A stretch of DNA of 64,000 bases, taken from contig OZ024741.1 in the NCBI GenBank assembly GCA_964016885.1, positions 144,708,001 through 144,772,000 on the forward strand, written 5' to 3'. Each line of letters opens with the position of its first letter. The stretch's first letter is position 1. Origin of the DNA: Eledone cirrhosa. Its lineage: Eukaryota. Made by a program: the position numbers and the translations under genes. Of the stretch, positions 29,990 through 42,063 are shown one piece after another. The notes under the pieces are model-generated. The model was not told the DNA's origin and did not search any database. It worked only from the letters and a program-made list of their open reading frames with translations.

Positions 29990-31985
29990 ACTCACAAGGT
30001 TTGGGTCAACCTGAGTCTATGATAAATGAGACTTTCCCAAGATGTCACATAGCAAGATCAAATGGGCATTTAATTACTGCTAACGAAGAAGTGAAAGTAC
30101 AAATGATACCACCAAAGAAGTACTGTCCAAAGAATCGAGCTTCAGCTGAACCAAGAGTTGTTACAGCAAGGAAGAACATACAAAAGGCATTTGATTGCTT
30201 TCAAAAGAATGTCACTGAAGAGCATAGGCTTGAATTGCAAACTGCCAAAGCCACTCTTCAAAACGCCTGTGCACAGTTGAGGAAGAGGAGTTAGACTGCA
30301 TGATTGATCAAGTTAAGATAGCAACTGCAAATGCAATGCATAGAGAAAGCTGGAAATTGATTAATGAAATAAGCAGAAGGAAGGCAGCAAAATCAGGCAT
30401 CATCTCAGGAAACAGCAAGGAAGAGCATATTCAAAAGTGGTATCAGCACTTCAACCAGTTGCTTAGAATGTCCCCAATTGTTAACGAAAAGGATGAAGAG
30501 GTTCAACCTGTCTTCAACAATCTCACCTACAAAACCAGACCTTTTGACTTGAAAGAACTTCAGAGTGCCAAGAACAGGCTGAAGGAAGGAAAAGCTGCTG
30601 GCCCTAATGGAATTTCCCCTGAGGTTATAAAAAGATGCAGTCTGGATGACATAATACTGGATTTTGCAAATAGGCTCTTCCAAAACCAGGAAAGACCTGA
30701 TTAGTGGTCCAAGAATGATTTGATACCAATACCAAAGTCAGGAAGCCTCAGCAATGAAACCAATTACAGAGGAATAACACTGTCCAACATCTCACTCAAG
30801 GTCATCAACAGAATGATTCTCAACAGGATACAACCAGTACCTGAGACCAAACCAAAATGGTTTTAGACCTGGACAATCAACAACATCACAGATCTTAGCT
30901 CTGAGGTGCATAATAGAAGGTGTTAAATGAAGACAACTTCCTTCCATCATCACCTTCATGGACTTCAGTAAAGTGTTTAATAGCATTGATTGTGGCAAGA
31001 TGCTGAAGTTTCTGTGAGCATATGGCATCCCTAAAGAACTAGTTCTTGCCATTGCAAAGACCTATGAAAAGAACACACCTTGTGCATTGTCACCTGAGGG
31101 AGAAACAGAATTCTTCTGAATTGTGGCTGTTTGCCATTGTCTTGCGTTATGCAATGTGACAGGCTATAGAACATAGGCAAGAAAGCCTTGGTTTCACTAT
31201 TGACCAGCCGAGATCCCAGAGGGTACCATCATAGACTAAGACTTTACTGATGACATAGCATTGTTGTCAGATGAAATCGATCAAGCACAGGAGCTGCTAA
31301 GAAATGTGGAAACATCATCTAAAATTGAACTGCATACTAATGTCAAGAAAATTGAATATATGACCTTCAACCAATTGAGTAACACCAAACTGTTCTAATT
31401 GAGCAGTTCCCAATTGAATGTTGTTGAAGACATTAAGTACTTAGGTAGCTGGGTGAATAGTCCTGAAGCAGATATCAAGGTGAGGAGGGTGCAAGCATGG
31501 ACAGCATATCACAAATCAAAGAAAATCTGACACTCCAGATTACCTAGAAGGATCAAAATCAAACTGTTCCTAGCAGTTGTTGATTCCATACTTTTTTGTA
31601 TGGCAGTAAAACATGGACTGAGAAGTTAACAAGTGGGCTAAATGGCTGCTACACAAGGATGCTATGAATGGCTCTTAATGTGAAATGGCAGTAATATATG
31701 ACAAATATTTAGAGAAACCTGCAAAAGGTCAGCTAAAAGATCAGGCAAAGATGGCTCTGCATACCTGGTCATTGTGTACAACACTCTGAACTGGAAGCAT
31801 CCAAGTTAGTCATTTGGAACTCATTTCATGGAGTTGTAAGGAGAGGAACTTGCCAATACACCTATAGCCTGACCAAAGACACTGGCCTGGACTAGATCCA
31901 GGACCTCAAAGTGGCACTGCTGGACCAAGACATGTAGCGGAGGACTTTGTCATTGCAGCCCAGGTTGAAACCAGCTAAGAAGAGA
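29990..31985 (+). pseudogene. Degenerate RTE-clade LINE (RT region)
   Basis: KEGKAAGPNGISPEVIKRC, NYRGITL, QNGFRPGQSTT, FMDFSKVF, DFTDDIAL, KYLGS remnants with many stops and frameshifts; paralogous to the 3464-6752 element. Confidence 0.88.
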
Positions 31986-32053
31986 AGAAGATGATTGAAC
32001 CTGGAAACTAATGACTGCAAAGCAAACTTTGTAAGCATTTGCCCTTACTATAT

Positions 32054-32389
32054 GGAGGCACATGGCCTAGTGGTTAGAGCATTGGCCTTGCAACCGAAAG
32101 GTTGTGAGTTCAAATCTCAGACCGGGTGATGTGTTGTTTCCTTGAGCAAGACACTTTATTTCACATTGCTCCAGTTTACTCAGCTGTAGAAATGAGATGA
32201 TAGGGACTGAGGTCCCTATCATTCCACTGCAAAGTGGTCGTAGAGGTGTCATGGCAAAAAAGCACCCACCACTCACTGTAAATGAGGTTGGTGTTAGGAA
32301 GGGCATCCAGCTGTAGAAATCAAGCCAGAATCAGTTCCCGTCCCACCCTTGCAAGCAGGGAAAAAGCGGACGTAAAATGAAATGATGAT
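32054..32389 (+). mobile_element. tRNA-derived SINE family A, full length
   Basis: Same head, body and tail as 26611-26940. Confidence 0.9.
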
Positions 32390-32453
32390 ACCTATATTTT
32401 GGGGATATAAGAAAGACATAGGCTTTGACCACCAAAGTGATAGATGTGTTAGA

Positions 32454-32513
<60 letters not shown>

Positions 32514-32719
32514 GGTGTAACCTAAATCGAAGGAGAGCTCACCTGTTTCAACTTGAGTTCTACGTGTTTCTTCAGGGAGACATATTTATTATACATAAAC
32601 ATAGTAAATTTTAAAGAAACTTGTTGAGATTACACTTATTAACTGTATCTATTATGTATCTCAGCATGTGTTCAGTTTTAACCTTTCTCTTCAGATCTGT
32701 CTATGATCTCCCACCCTCG

Positions 32720-33774
32720 AATACAAATTTAACGAAGTAGGACATATCAGATAACATTGAGTTCCCACTTTGCCAGGGTAGACAAACAGTGGAACATGTT
32801 CTGAGCTCATGCAGAGTAATACTAGCCCAAGGAAAATAAACATGGAGATACAATTAAGTGCTTAATGAGATCATACATGATAAGTACAGCAGGAGGCAGC
32901 AAATCGTGGCCAGGATCATATGCCATTACAAGACAAGGGAGTGGAATCTTCTGGGTGGTGTTGATAACTAGAGGTGTACAGCAAACCTCCCAGGAACAAC
33001 AAAACAACCAGAAATTATCAGAAAGAGTGGTTTGAGGCCAGCTATCATACTCCATTCCAGTCTATCAAAATACCTGGCTTTGACTGAACTGATTGTGCCA
33101 TTTGAAAGTAGAATAGAAGGAGCACACATGTTCACGACCAAAAATATGCGAGTTTGGCCAACAGCCTGAGGGAAGCCAACTTCCAGGTCAGTTCTTGCCA
33201 TAGAGGTTGGAGCTAGAGACTATGTGGGCAAATCTGCCTACAATCAAACGAAACAACTTTCAGTCTCTGGGAAGACAAGGACCAAAGCCCTAAAGGTAAT
33301 ATCAGAAGCAGCAGAAAGGCGTTCAGCTGGATCTGGTTGAGGAGGAACAAAAACACCTTCCATACCCTTTGAGGTACCGAGTTTGTATTTTAGTGCATGC
33401 TAAGGGAAGCAACTCTGAGTGACTCATGGTCATAGTGTTGGTGGTGATAGTGATACTGCTGGTGTCTCACCACCATCATGACTATGAACGATATTTTTCC
33501 AAACTCAAGAAAGTGTTTGAATATAAGTTTGAAAATAGAGGTAGCAGAAAGGAGTTCCAGCTAGATCCTATCAACAAAATCTCCATATAGTTTCAATACA
33601 CAAATCTATGATATCCGAATGGCTAAATGTCAGCAGAAGGACATTCAAAAGTCATGACCTGGATGCAGCCCAGCCTCCTTAGAGTGTAAGAAGTTAAGAG
33701 CCAAAACACTTGTTCTAAGGGGGGTTTCTTCTCTGAAGACCTTCTGCTGTCCAGTCCTCCTGAGAGTTTCTTAC

Positions 33775-33780
<6 letters not shown>
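32720..33780 (+). pseudogene. Degenerate 3' end of a restriction-like-endonuclease (HERO-like) non-LTR retrotransposon
   Basis: Remnant motifs QTVEHVLSSC, TWRYN*VL, GLRPAIIL, ELIVPFESRIEGAH, AIEVGARDYVG. Confidence 0.75.
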
Positions 33781-33816
<36 letters not shown>

Positions 33817-34135
33817 TGAGGTGGGTGTTTTATGTGTGATTGTATGTAAAATGATGATGTACATAACATATTTAAACATTAACTGAATGAACACTCAATA
33901 CATGTGAGCAGCACGTGTGTGTGTGTATGTGTGTACATATACAAAAGCTTTCTTAGTGCTTCTGTCTATCATATTCCCTCACAAGACATTGATCTACCAA
34001 TGGTGCCACACACTCAGTGTGATTGAACTGAAAACTAATATGGTTGCTAAGTAAACTTGCTAACCACACAACCATGCCCGCTGTTCCTATTTTAAAGCAT
34101 CTGATTCCATCACTCTCCTAAATTGTTAAAATAAT

Positions 34136-34290
34136 TGTTTCTACTTTTGGCACAAGGCCAGCAATTACTCAGTACATTACTGGTACTTTATTTTATCGAC
34201 CCCGTAAGGATGAAAGGCAAATTTAACCTCAGCGGGATTTGAACTCAGATCGTAAAGGGACGTAACTCTTTGCGTCAAAGTATGGCGTCC
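34136..34290 (-). mobile_element. tRNA-derived SINE family B fragment
   Basis: Reverse complement of GAGTTCAAATCCCGCTGAGGTTAA..TTGCCTTTCATCCTTACGGGGTCGATAAAATAAAGTACCAG; other copies near 43180-43390, 50960-51110, 54870-55460 and 62730-62895. Confidence 0.7.
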
Positions 34291-35680
34291 GACCCCAATG
34301 GAACAGAAGACAAATATAACAGTATGAAATGCAAAAAAAAAATAATAAAGAAACAAATAAAAACTTAAAAAAAATATGAAAAACTGTTACATGTTGGCAT
34401 GCTGGAAAGATAGAAGTAAGAATCTATAGAAACTGAAATAAAACCTCTATGAAAATGTTTGTTGCTATCACCATCATCACCACCACCACCACAACCACCA
34501 TCCTCATTATTACGACCACCATCCTCATTATTACTACCACCAGCATCATCATCACCACAACCATCATCCTCATTATTTTTACCACCAGCATCATCATCAC
34601 TAATACCACTATCACCCTCATCACCACCAACAACAACAGCAACAACATTGCCCCATCAACAAAAACAACATCAACCTCATCACCACCACTACAATCACCA
34701 TCCCCAGCAACATCATCACCACTCCCACCATCAATGAGAGGAGGAGGAGGAGGCGGAGGAGGGGGGGGGGGGAACTAAGTATTAGCAGAACTAACAAACA
34801 GCTTTTAGTTAATAGATATACCACCTATTGACTAGAAGTAAATATTTGTCTATATGATGAAACATTGTGAACATTTTTACAGTTTTTAGGGAATGAAGAA
34901 ACTCAGAGACAAACATTACATTACATAAACATACAAACATAGGTGTGGGCAGTAAGTAACTATAGACACACACACACACACACATACACCCATGTCCATT
35001 GTGAAACACCCATATGCACTATACACACACATGCACATGTGTACACACAAATAAATATTTACACAGAGAAACATCCACACACCCAAGCACAAAGAAACAC
35101 TCACACACAGAAATACACACACACACAGAAATACACACACACACACACTCTCTTTCTTTCTCACACACACAGAAAAACACTCATACACACACACAGAAAC
35201 ATTCATACATACACATACACAGAAATATGCACACACAAACACATGCATACAGAAACCCACTCTCACACAAATAAACACAGCACACAAATTCACACACACT
35301 TGTTTTTTATCTACAGCAACTCAACAAATCTGGTATTATATATATCACAAGTAGAATTATATGTATGTAAGCATAATTTTGTGCATCAGTGATTCATTAC
35401 CATCATCATCATTTCATAGCTGTTTGCCCGGCAACAAAGGATTGGACAAGTTGTATCTGTCCAAAACTAGGTGAGGCCAGGAGGCTCGCATCTTGCTCAT
35501 AAGTTCCATTTTTTATATGATTTCTACAGCTGGATGCTCTTCATCAAACTAACCACCTTACAGAGTCTACTGGGTACCTTTTATTGTGTAACCAGTACTA
35601 CCTCAGAGATAGTACCAGTGCTATTATAATACACCCCCACACCAATTCACACATGCATCTCTTGATCTACCTCTCTAATT

Positions 35681-36409
35681 GTCAAATATGGGCAGGACTG
35701 ATGTTAGCAACAGAGGATGATGGTGTCAAATATGGACAGGAGTGATGTTAGCAACAGAGGATGATGGTGTCAAATATGGGCAGGAGTGATGTTAGCAACA
35801 CAGGATGATGGTGTCAAATATGGACAGGACTGATGTTAGCAACAGAGGATGATGGTGTCAAATATGGGCAGGAGTGATGTTAGCAACAGAGGATGATGGT
35901 GTCAAATATGGGCAGGACTGATGTTAGCAACAGAGGATGATGGTGTCAAATATGGGCAGGAGTGATGTTAGCAACAGAGGATGATGGTGTCAAATATGGG
36001 CAGGAGTGATGTTAGCAACAGAGGATGATGGTGTTAAATATGGACAGGAGTGATGTTAGCAACAGAGGATGATGGTGTCAAATATGAGCAGGAGTGATGT
36101 TAGCAACAGAGGATGATGGTGTCAAATATGGGCAGGACTGATGTTAGCAACAGAGGATGATGGTGTTAAATATGGGCAGGAGTGATGTTAGCAACAGAGG
36201 ATGATGGTGTCAAATATGGGCAGGACTGATGTTAGCAACAGAGGATGATGGTGTCAAATATGGGCAGGACTGATGTTAGCAACAGAGGATGATGGTGTTA
36301 AATATGGACAGGAGTGATGTTAGCAACAGAGGATGATGGTGTCAAATATGGGCAGGACTGATGTTAGCAACAGAGGATGTTGATACTGAATATGGACAGA
36401 TCTGATGTC
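35681..36409. repeat. 44-bp minisatellite, about 16 copies
   Basis: Unit GTCAAATATGGGCAGGA(C/G)TGATGTTAGCAACAGAGGATGATGGT; starts at 35681, 35725 ... Confidence 0.95.
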
Positions 36410-37582
36410 ACCTCTTCTTACACAAGCATCATGACAGGAGTTGAGTGTTGTGATAGAGAGTTGAGGGAGGTAGTGTGATAATAACAATAGGTGTGATAAT
36501 GATAATTGGTGAGGGGGCGGGGGGGAATTGACTATTAACAGATAAAATGCTCACCTCCACTACTCAGCCACTGTGGTACAATGATTAGTATAAAGAATGA
36601 TAGTATGGAGCGTGATAGTATAGAGCATGGTAATTGAAAGGGTGGTAGTTGAGAGTGTAGCTAATAGAGCAGTAGATGGAGACATAACATGTGTATACAG
36701 GATGAGAGGCCCATTGGTATATTATATATATCCCAACCTCCATCACTCCCACCTTCATTTTAATGACCATGTTGTCATGATTGCACTGATAGGTGGGTTT
36801 TCTTTAGCATAACATGTTGCTATCACAGTCCTTTGTCATCTACTTTGTGAAGTTTGGCTGAGGGATGCTTTTCTGTACCACAGTGATTCTATGGGGAAGG
36901 GGAAGTTCTTTTATATTATGGCATATTTTCAATCATCTTGGGCTTGTGTCATCTCCTTCATGAGGCCCAGTTTCTGGAAGTCATTCATCACATGTCTTCC
37001 AAGGTCTTGCTCCTTCACATGTTCTGACCACTTGAAGTATTGAGCACTTCTTTACAAAACTAACATCAGCTATATATATATTAGATACCAATACAAGTGC
37101 AGTTTTCTCGCTTGGAAACTACATCTGATTTCTCTTATGTACAGCTTTCTTTTCCATCACACATTCACACTAAAATTATACATCCTAGAGAACATGTTGA
37201 CCATTTTTCAGCCACTGCAAACCATCTGCAGTCAAAGCCACATTTCATTAACATGTTCACCAGGATTTCAATACATGTGTATATGCATCATTTTCATCAT
37301 CATTTCCCCTTCATTTTCCATACTGGCAAAGGTGAGGTGGAATGTCACGTTCTGAGACTAGAAAGGGCAGAAGATTATGTCTTACTCATACGTACCATTT
37401 TGGCATATACTGGGTGTATTTTATCATGACCGCAGCATTAAGGAAGTTGTAAGTCATTGGCTTGATTGAAGAATCCTCCCTACCCAATGAGGGTGGGGGA
37501 AGGATGCATTGTCCTAAGGCAGTTGTGTTTAGATAGCATAATTGTGGATGAGGGTAAGAAGGGTGGTGTATGCTTGTGTGTG

Positions 37583-37615
<33 letters not shown>

Positions 37616-39634
37616 GTGTCTGTTGCTGTTTACTCTAAGTTATCCCTAATCATAGCAATGATAATCCCATGTTTTTCAGATGCATAAAATTATATTATCT
37701 AACATGTCCTGTTCTTATATAAGATGGCAATAAAGTGTGATTAAAGGAAGATTTGCCTGCTATTTCCAGCAGCTCTAGCATAGGGGTTCTCTTGCTGGAA
37801 TGTGAATACATAAAATGAATGTGCACATTTGTTTGATACAATAAGTATTTGTATAAGATGTCATGAGAGTGATATTTGTTTGATATGTGTGTATGTATAA
37901 TGAGGTGTACATGTTTGCAACAACATGTGTATGTATGTGTGAAGTTCACTTATGTTTTACCAGGCTAAGATGAAATATTGCAGGAATCCAAACTTTTAAA
38001 ATCTATTTCTTATTTAGCAATACAAAACATTGAATCAGTAATGATAAATGTTTGTCGAGATAGCCACCATTACAGACCAACAGACAGTTAAAACGCTGAA
38101 AATAGTGGTCAAGCCAATATAACTGCATATTAATCTTTCACCTGTGGTATCCTCTCTGCCAAGCCAAATAGTGACCCATTTATCATTTCCACCAACTGCT
38201 CTCTCCTCTTTATAATTTATCACAATCACGACATGCAATTTCTGGGTTAAAAGACTTCCGTAGTGATTAACCTCACCTCTCTCTCTCATTCTCTCGCTCT
38301 CTCCGTAAGTTCCAATTTGCAGGCTTTTTCTTTTTTTTTTTTTTGTGGTTTGCCAAGTGGCATTTTGCATAACTGCATTTTGTTCAATTGCTTTCAATTT
38401 TGAGGCCAAGCCATGGTAATTTGGAGCTCGATCTGATAAATATGTTTGAAGGGACGCTGTCGTGCAATGACATAACAGACTCAACATTTGTGCACGCAAA
38501 GATTAAAAATCTGACAGGATGATGGAGCATCTTAGAAATTTTCACTGCTGTCTTGTTTATTCTGCAATCCTATTTAGTTGTGAAGAGATAAAGAGTGAGA
38601 GAAAAAAGGAGAGAGATGGGGAGTGAGCAGAGGAGAAAAGAGAACCAAATTCCAATTTAAATTTTGGATACAAGTCACAGCATTTTTCCTCTCAGTTGCT
38701 TTGTCAAAAAACGTAATTATTTTTTCTTTCTTATTTTGTATTCCTAAAATTTGAATAACAGAGATATTTAAAAAACAACAACAAAATCTTTTGTTTCATT
38801 TCCATTGAGAGAATCTAAAATCTAACAAGACATAATAGTGAAAGATAAGATGGAGTTTGTGCTTCAGTGCGAGTAAACAATTTGCTGGAGCTCACAGCAT
38901 GAGGAAAACTTTGGCAAGAGTGTTTATCTAAAATTCTTTTGTGTTGTATGGTAGATGCTTCAGTGTGAAACATTTTCAACACATCTTATTAGCAAAGCAA
39001 CTCCTGTTCTCAGTGAAAGAAATATAAATGATGCACAATATACTTTGAAATGGTTCAAATCCCTTTGACATTCCCAACATTTGTCAATTGAATATTAAAG
39101 GAAATACTCTACCAGGCATACTTTGAATTGAAATTCAAATTTCATTTCATCTAACTTACTGAAAGTTCTAAAAGTCATACATATATATATGGGGGGAGGG
39201 GGGGGGGAGGAGGTTTATCATCATCATCTTCATTTCATATGCTTGCATGAGTAACAAAGGTTGTCACTCACTGAGGTTATATATGTATGTATGTGTGTGT
39301 GTGTGTAATGAGAGAGTCAACAAGAAGAAAAGAAGCAATATATATGCATATATATATATATATATATAAATGGAAAAAATGAAACGAAATTTCATTTCTC
39401 ACTCTTAGTACGGTTGTTACTTAAATATAAGTATGTATACGTACATACATATATGTATACAGACGTACAGTAGTATGTGTATATATACATACATGCACAC
39501 ATATATATATGTACGTATCGGTTTACCGAACATTTATTATAATGTTCGGTTTGTTTGTAAACAAACAGCCCGAATTAAGCCGTACAGTGTCTAGCAACCA
39601 TCGTTACTCTTTTGTTCAACACTGACAAAGGAAA

Positions 39635-39673
39635 GATGTACTAGTTTCAAGCTTATTAGCTTTCGTCAGCATC
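39635..39673 (-). ncRNA. Minimal type I hammerhead ribozyme
   Basis: Minus strand GATG-CTGACGA-AAGCT-AATA-AGCTT-GAAA-CTAG-TA-CATC; palindromic stem III ACTAGT; GTA site. Confidence 0.85.
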
Positions 39674-40134
39674 GTATACCTTCCTGCCAGATGATTGAAC
39701 GTCTGAAAGTATATACTTTCCTTAAGCATATTCACGGCTGAGCAGCTTAATTTGCATATCGAGTGAGTTAGTCGGCCGGCCGCACCGAAAACGATAAATG
39801 GAAAAAATGAAACAAAATTTCATTTCTCACTCATAGTATGGCTGTTACTTAAATATAAGTATGTATATACATACATATATGTATACAGACGTACAGTAGT
39901 ATATATATACATACATGCACACACATATATATATATATGTACGTATGGGTTTACCGAACATTTATTATAATGCTCGGTTTGTTTGTAAACAATTTCGTTT
40001 CATTTTTTCCATTTATCGTTTTCGGTGCGGCCGGCCGACTAACTCACTCGATATGCAAATTAGGCTGCTCAGCCGTTAATATGCATAAGGAAAGTATATA
40101 CTTTCAGATGTTCAATCATCTGGCAGGAAGGTAT

Positions 40135-40177
40135 ACGATGCCGATGATAGCTAATAAGCTTGAAACTAGTACATCGT
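40135..40177 (+). ncRNA. Minimal type I hammerhead, core variant (CCGATGA)
   Basis: ACGATG-CCGATGA-TAGCTAATAAGCTT-GAAA-CTAG-TA-CATCGT; U4 changed to C. Confidence 0.65.
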
Positions 40178-40382
40178 TCCTTTGTCAGTGTTGAACAAAA
40201 GGGCAATGATGGTTGCTAGACACTGTACGGCTTAATTCGGGCTCTTTGTTTACAAACAAACCGAGCATTATAATAAATGTTTGGTAAACCCATACGTACA
40301 TATATATATATGTGTGCATGTATGTATATATATACATACTACTCTACATCTGTATACATATATGTATGTACGTATACATACT

Positions 40383-40419
<37 letters not shown>

Positions 40420-40494
40420 TGAGAGAGAGAGAGACATGTAACATCCCAACTACTGCGTCAAACAGTTTTGACTTGTGTGTTCAGCAACCCTTTT

Positions 40495-40571
<77 letters not shown>

Positions 40572-41667
40572 AAACCATACTAGAAATTGTAAAGTGTGCA
40601 GGATGATAAACCTTACAGCATTTACTTTCATTCCTCTACATTCAATGTTGAACTCCTGCTGAAATTATTTATATATTTAATTTTAGTTATTTTTTTATTT
40701 GTATTAAACATGATGATAAAACAGGCAGTGGGCATATATTACAGATAGTTCAATCTATTACCTCCCCCTTGGTAATGTTTATGGTTTTTTGCCAATTTAA
40801 GAAATCATTATTAGTTAGTATAGTTGTTTTTGTTATTGAAAGAGTTATAGTTATAGGAATGGCAAGTTGCCAGTAATGATAGCATTATAACTTTGTCTCC
40901 TCCTCCCAAGTTCAGTATTACATAGTTCTGAGTTTAACCCTTTTAATATCAGCTTGCCCCAATTATATGGTGACAGCCCTTTTTGCTTTAACCCTTTCAT
41001 AACAATATTTTCAATGAAAGACAGTACCTATAATTTTCAAATAATTTTGAAAATAATCAAACATCATTAAGCTGGTATTTGGAAGAGAACTTAAAGGATC
41101 TTACATAGAATTGTGATAGAAGGGGTAATTATATAAACTTCAAAATAAACATCTTAATATTGTAGAATTAGAGGCAGTTAAGTATCAAAATGGGGTATAG
41201 AACTAGAGGTGGTTTCAGGTAGTTTGTTATCAAAGGGTTAAAGTAACCATATTTCTCAATAAGGAAAAAGTTATTTATATAACTAAATTCTTAATTATTC
41301 TTAAAATTATTTGAAAATCATTAGAAATATAGTAACAAAAGGGTTACTTGTAACAAAACCCACCCATCCAACAACCATGGATACTATCAATCTCTGTGGT
41401 ATATAAAAGTCATTTTCATTTTCACAATGGGTGCCACAACAAAAAGTATCTAATTCACCCTGTAAAGTGGTTGTGCTGGAGTCATGATAAAATGCTCACA
41501 GCACATCCTGTAATGTGGTTGTCATTAGGAAGGGAATCCAGCCATAGAAACCAATTCAAAAACACAGTGCATGAGCAAGACATAGTCACCCTACTAGTCT
41601 AGCCTCAGTATGTGACAGCCTGTCTAATCAATGCAAATATGGAAAATATATATTAAACAGTGGTGAT

Positions 41668-41940
41668 GATGAGTGTATGAGCAAGACATGGTGATGATGA
41701 TGGTGATGAGTGTATGAGCAAGACATGGTGATGATGGTGATGAGTGTATGAGCAAGACATGGTGATGATGATGGTGATGAGTGTATGAGCAAGACATGGT
41801 GATGATGGTGATGAGTGTATGAGCAAGACATGGTGATGATGATGGTGATGAGTGTATGAGCAAGACATGGTGATGATGGTGATGAGTGTATGAGCAAGAC
41901 ATGGTGATGATGATGGTGATGAGTGTATGAGCAAGACATG
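41668..41940. repeat. Minisatellite with alternating 37/34-bp units (8 copies)
   Basis: GATGAGTGTATGAGCAAGACATGG at 41668, 41705, 41739, 41776, 41810, 41847, 41881, 41918. Confidence 0.93.
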
Positions 41941-42021
41941 GCCACCTGACCAATCTATCTTCACTATGTGACAAGCCATCTAACTCATACAAGCAAGGGG
42001 AAAATTGAAGTTAAACACTGT

Positions 42022-42063
<42 letters not shown>

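Larger units (their letters stand above)
39366..40386. mobile_element. About 428-bp hammerhead-bearing repeat: 1.5 tandem copies followed by an inverted copy (Penelope pLTR or retrozyme-like)
   Basis: ATAAATGGAAAAAATGAAAC at 39366 and 39794; orientation flips at about 39991. Confidence 0.85.

Noticed and set aside
32526-32580. Minus-strand CTGAAGA-AAC..GTT-GAAA-CAGGTGAGCTC hammerhead-like motif
   Set aside because: No stem I partner or valid cleavage triplet; at best a decayed relic
38035-38499. 154-aa minus-strand ORF
   Set aside because: Includes simple-repeat-derived runs and has no domain motif; likely chance
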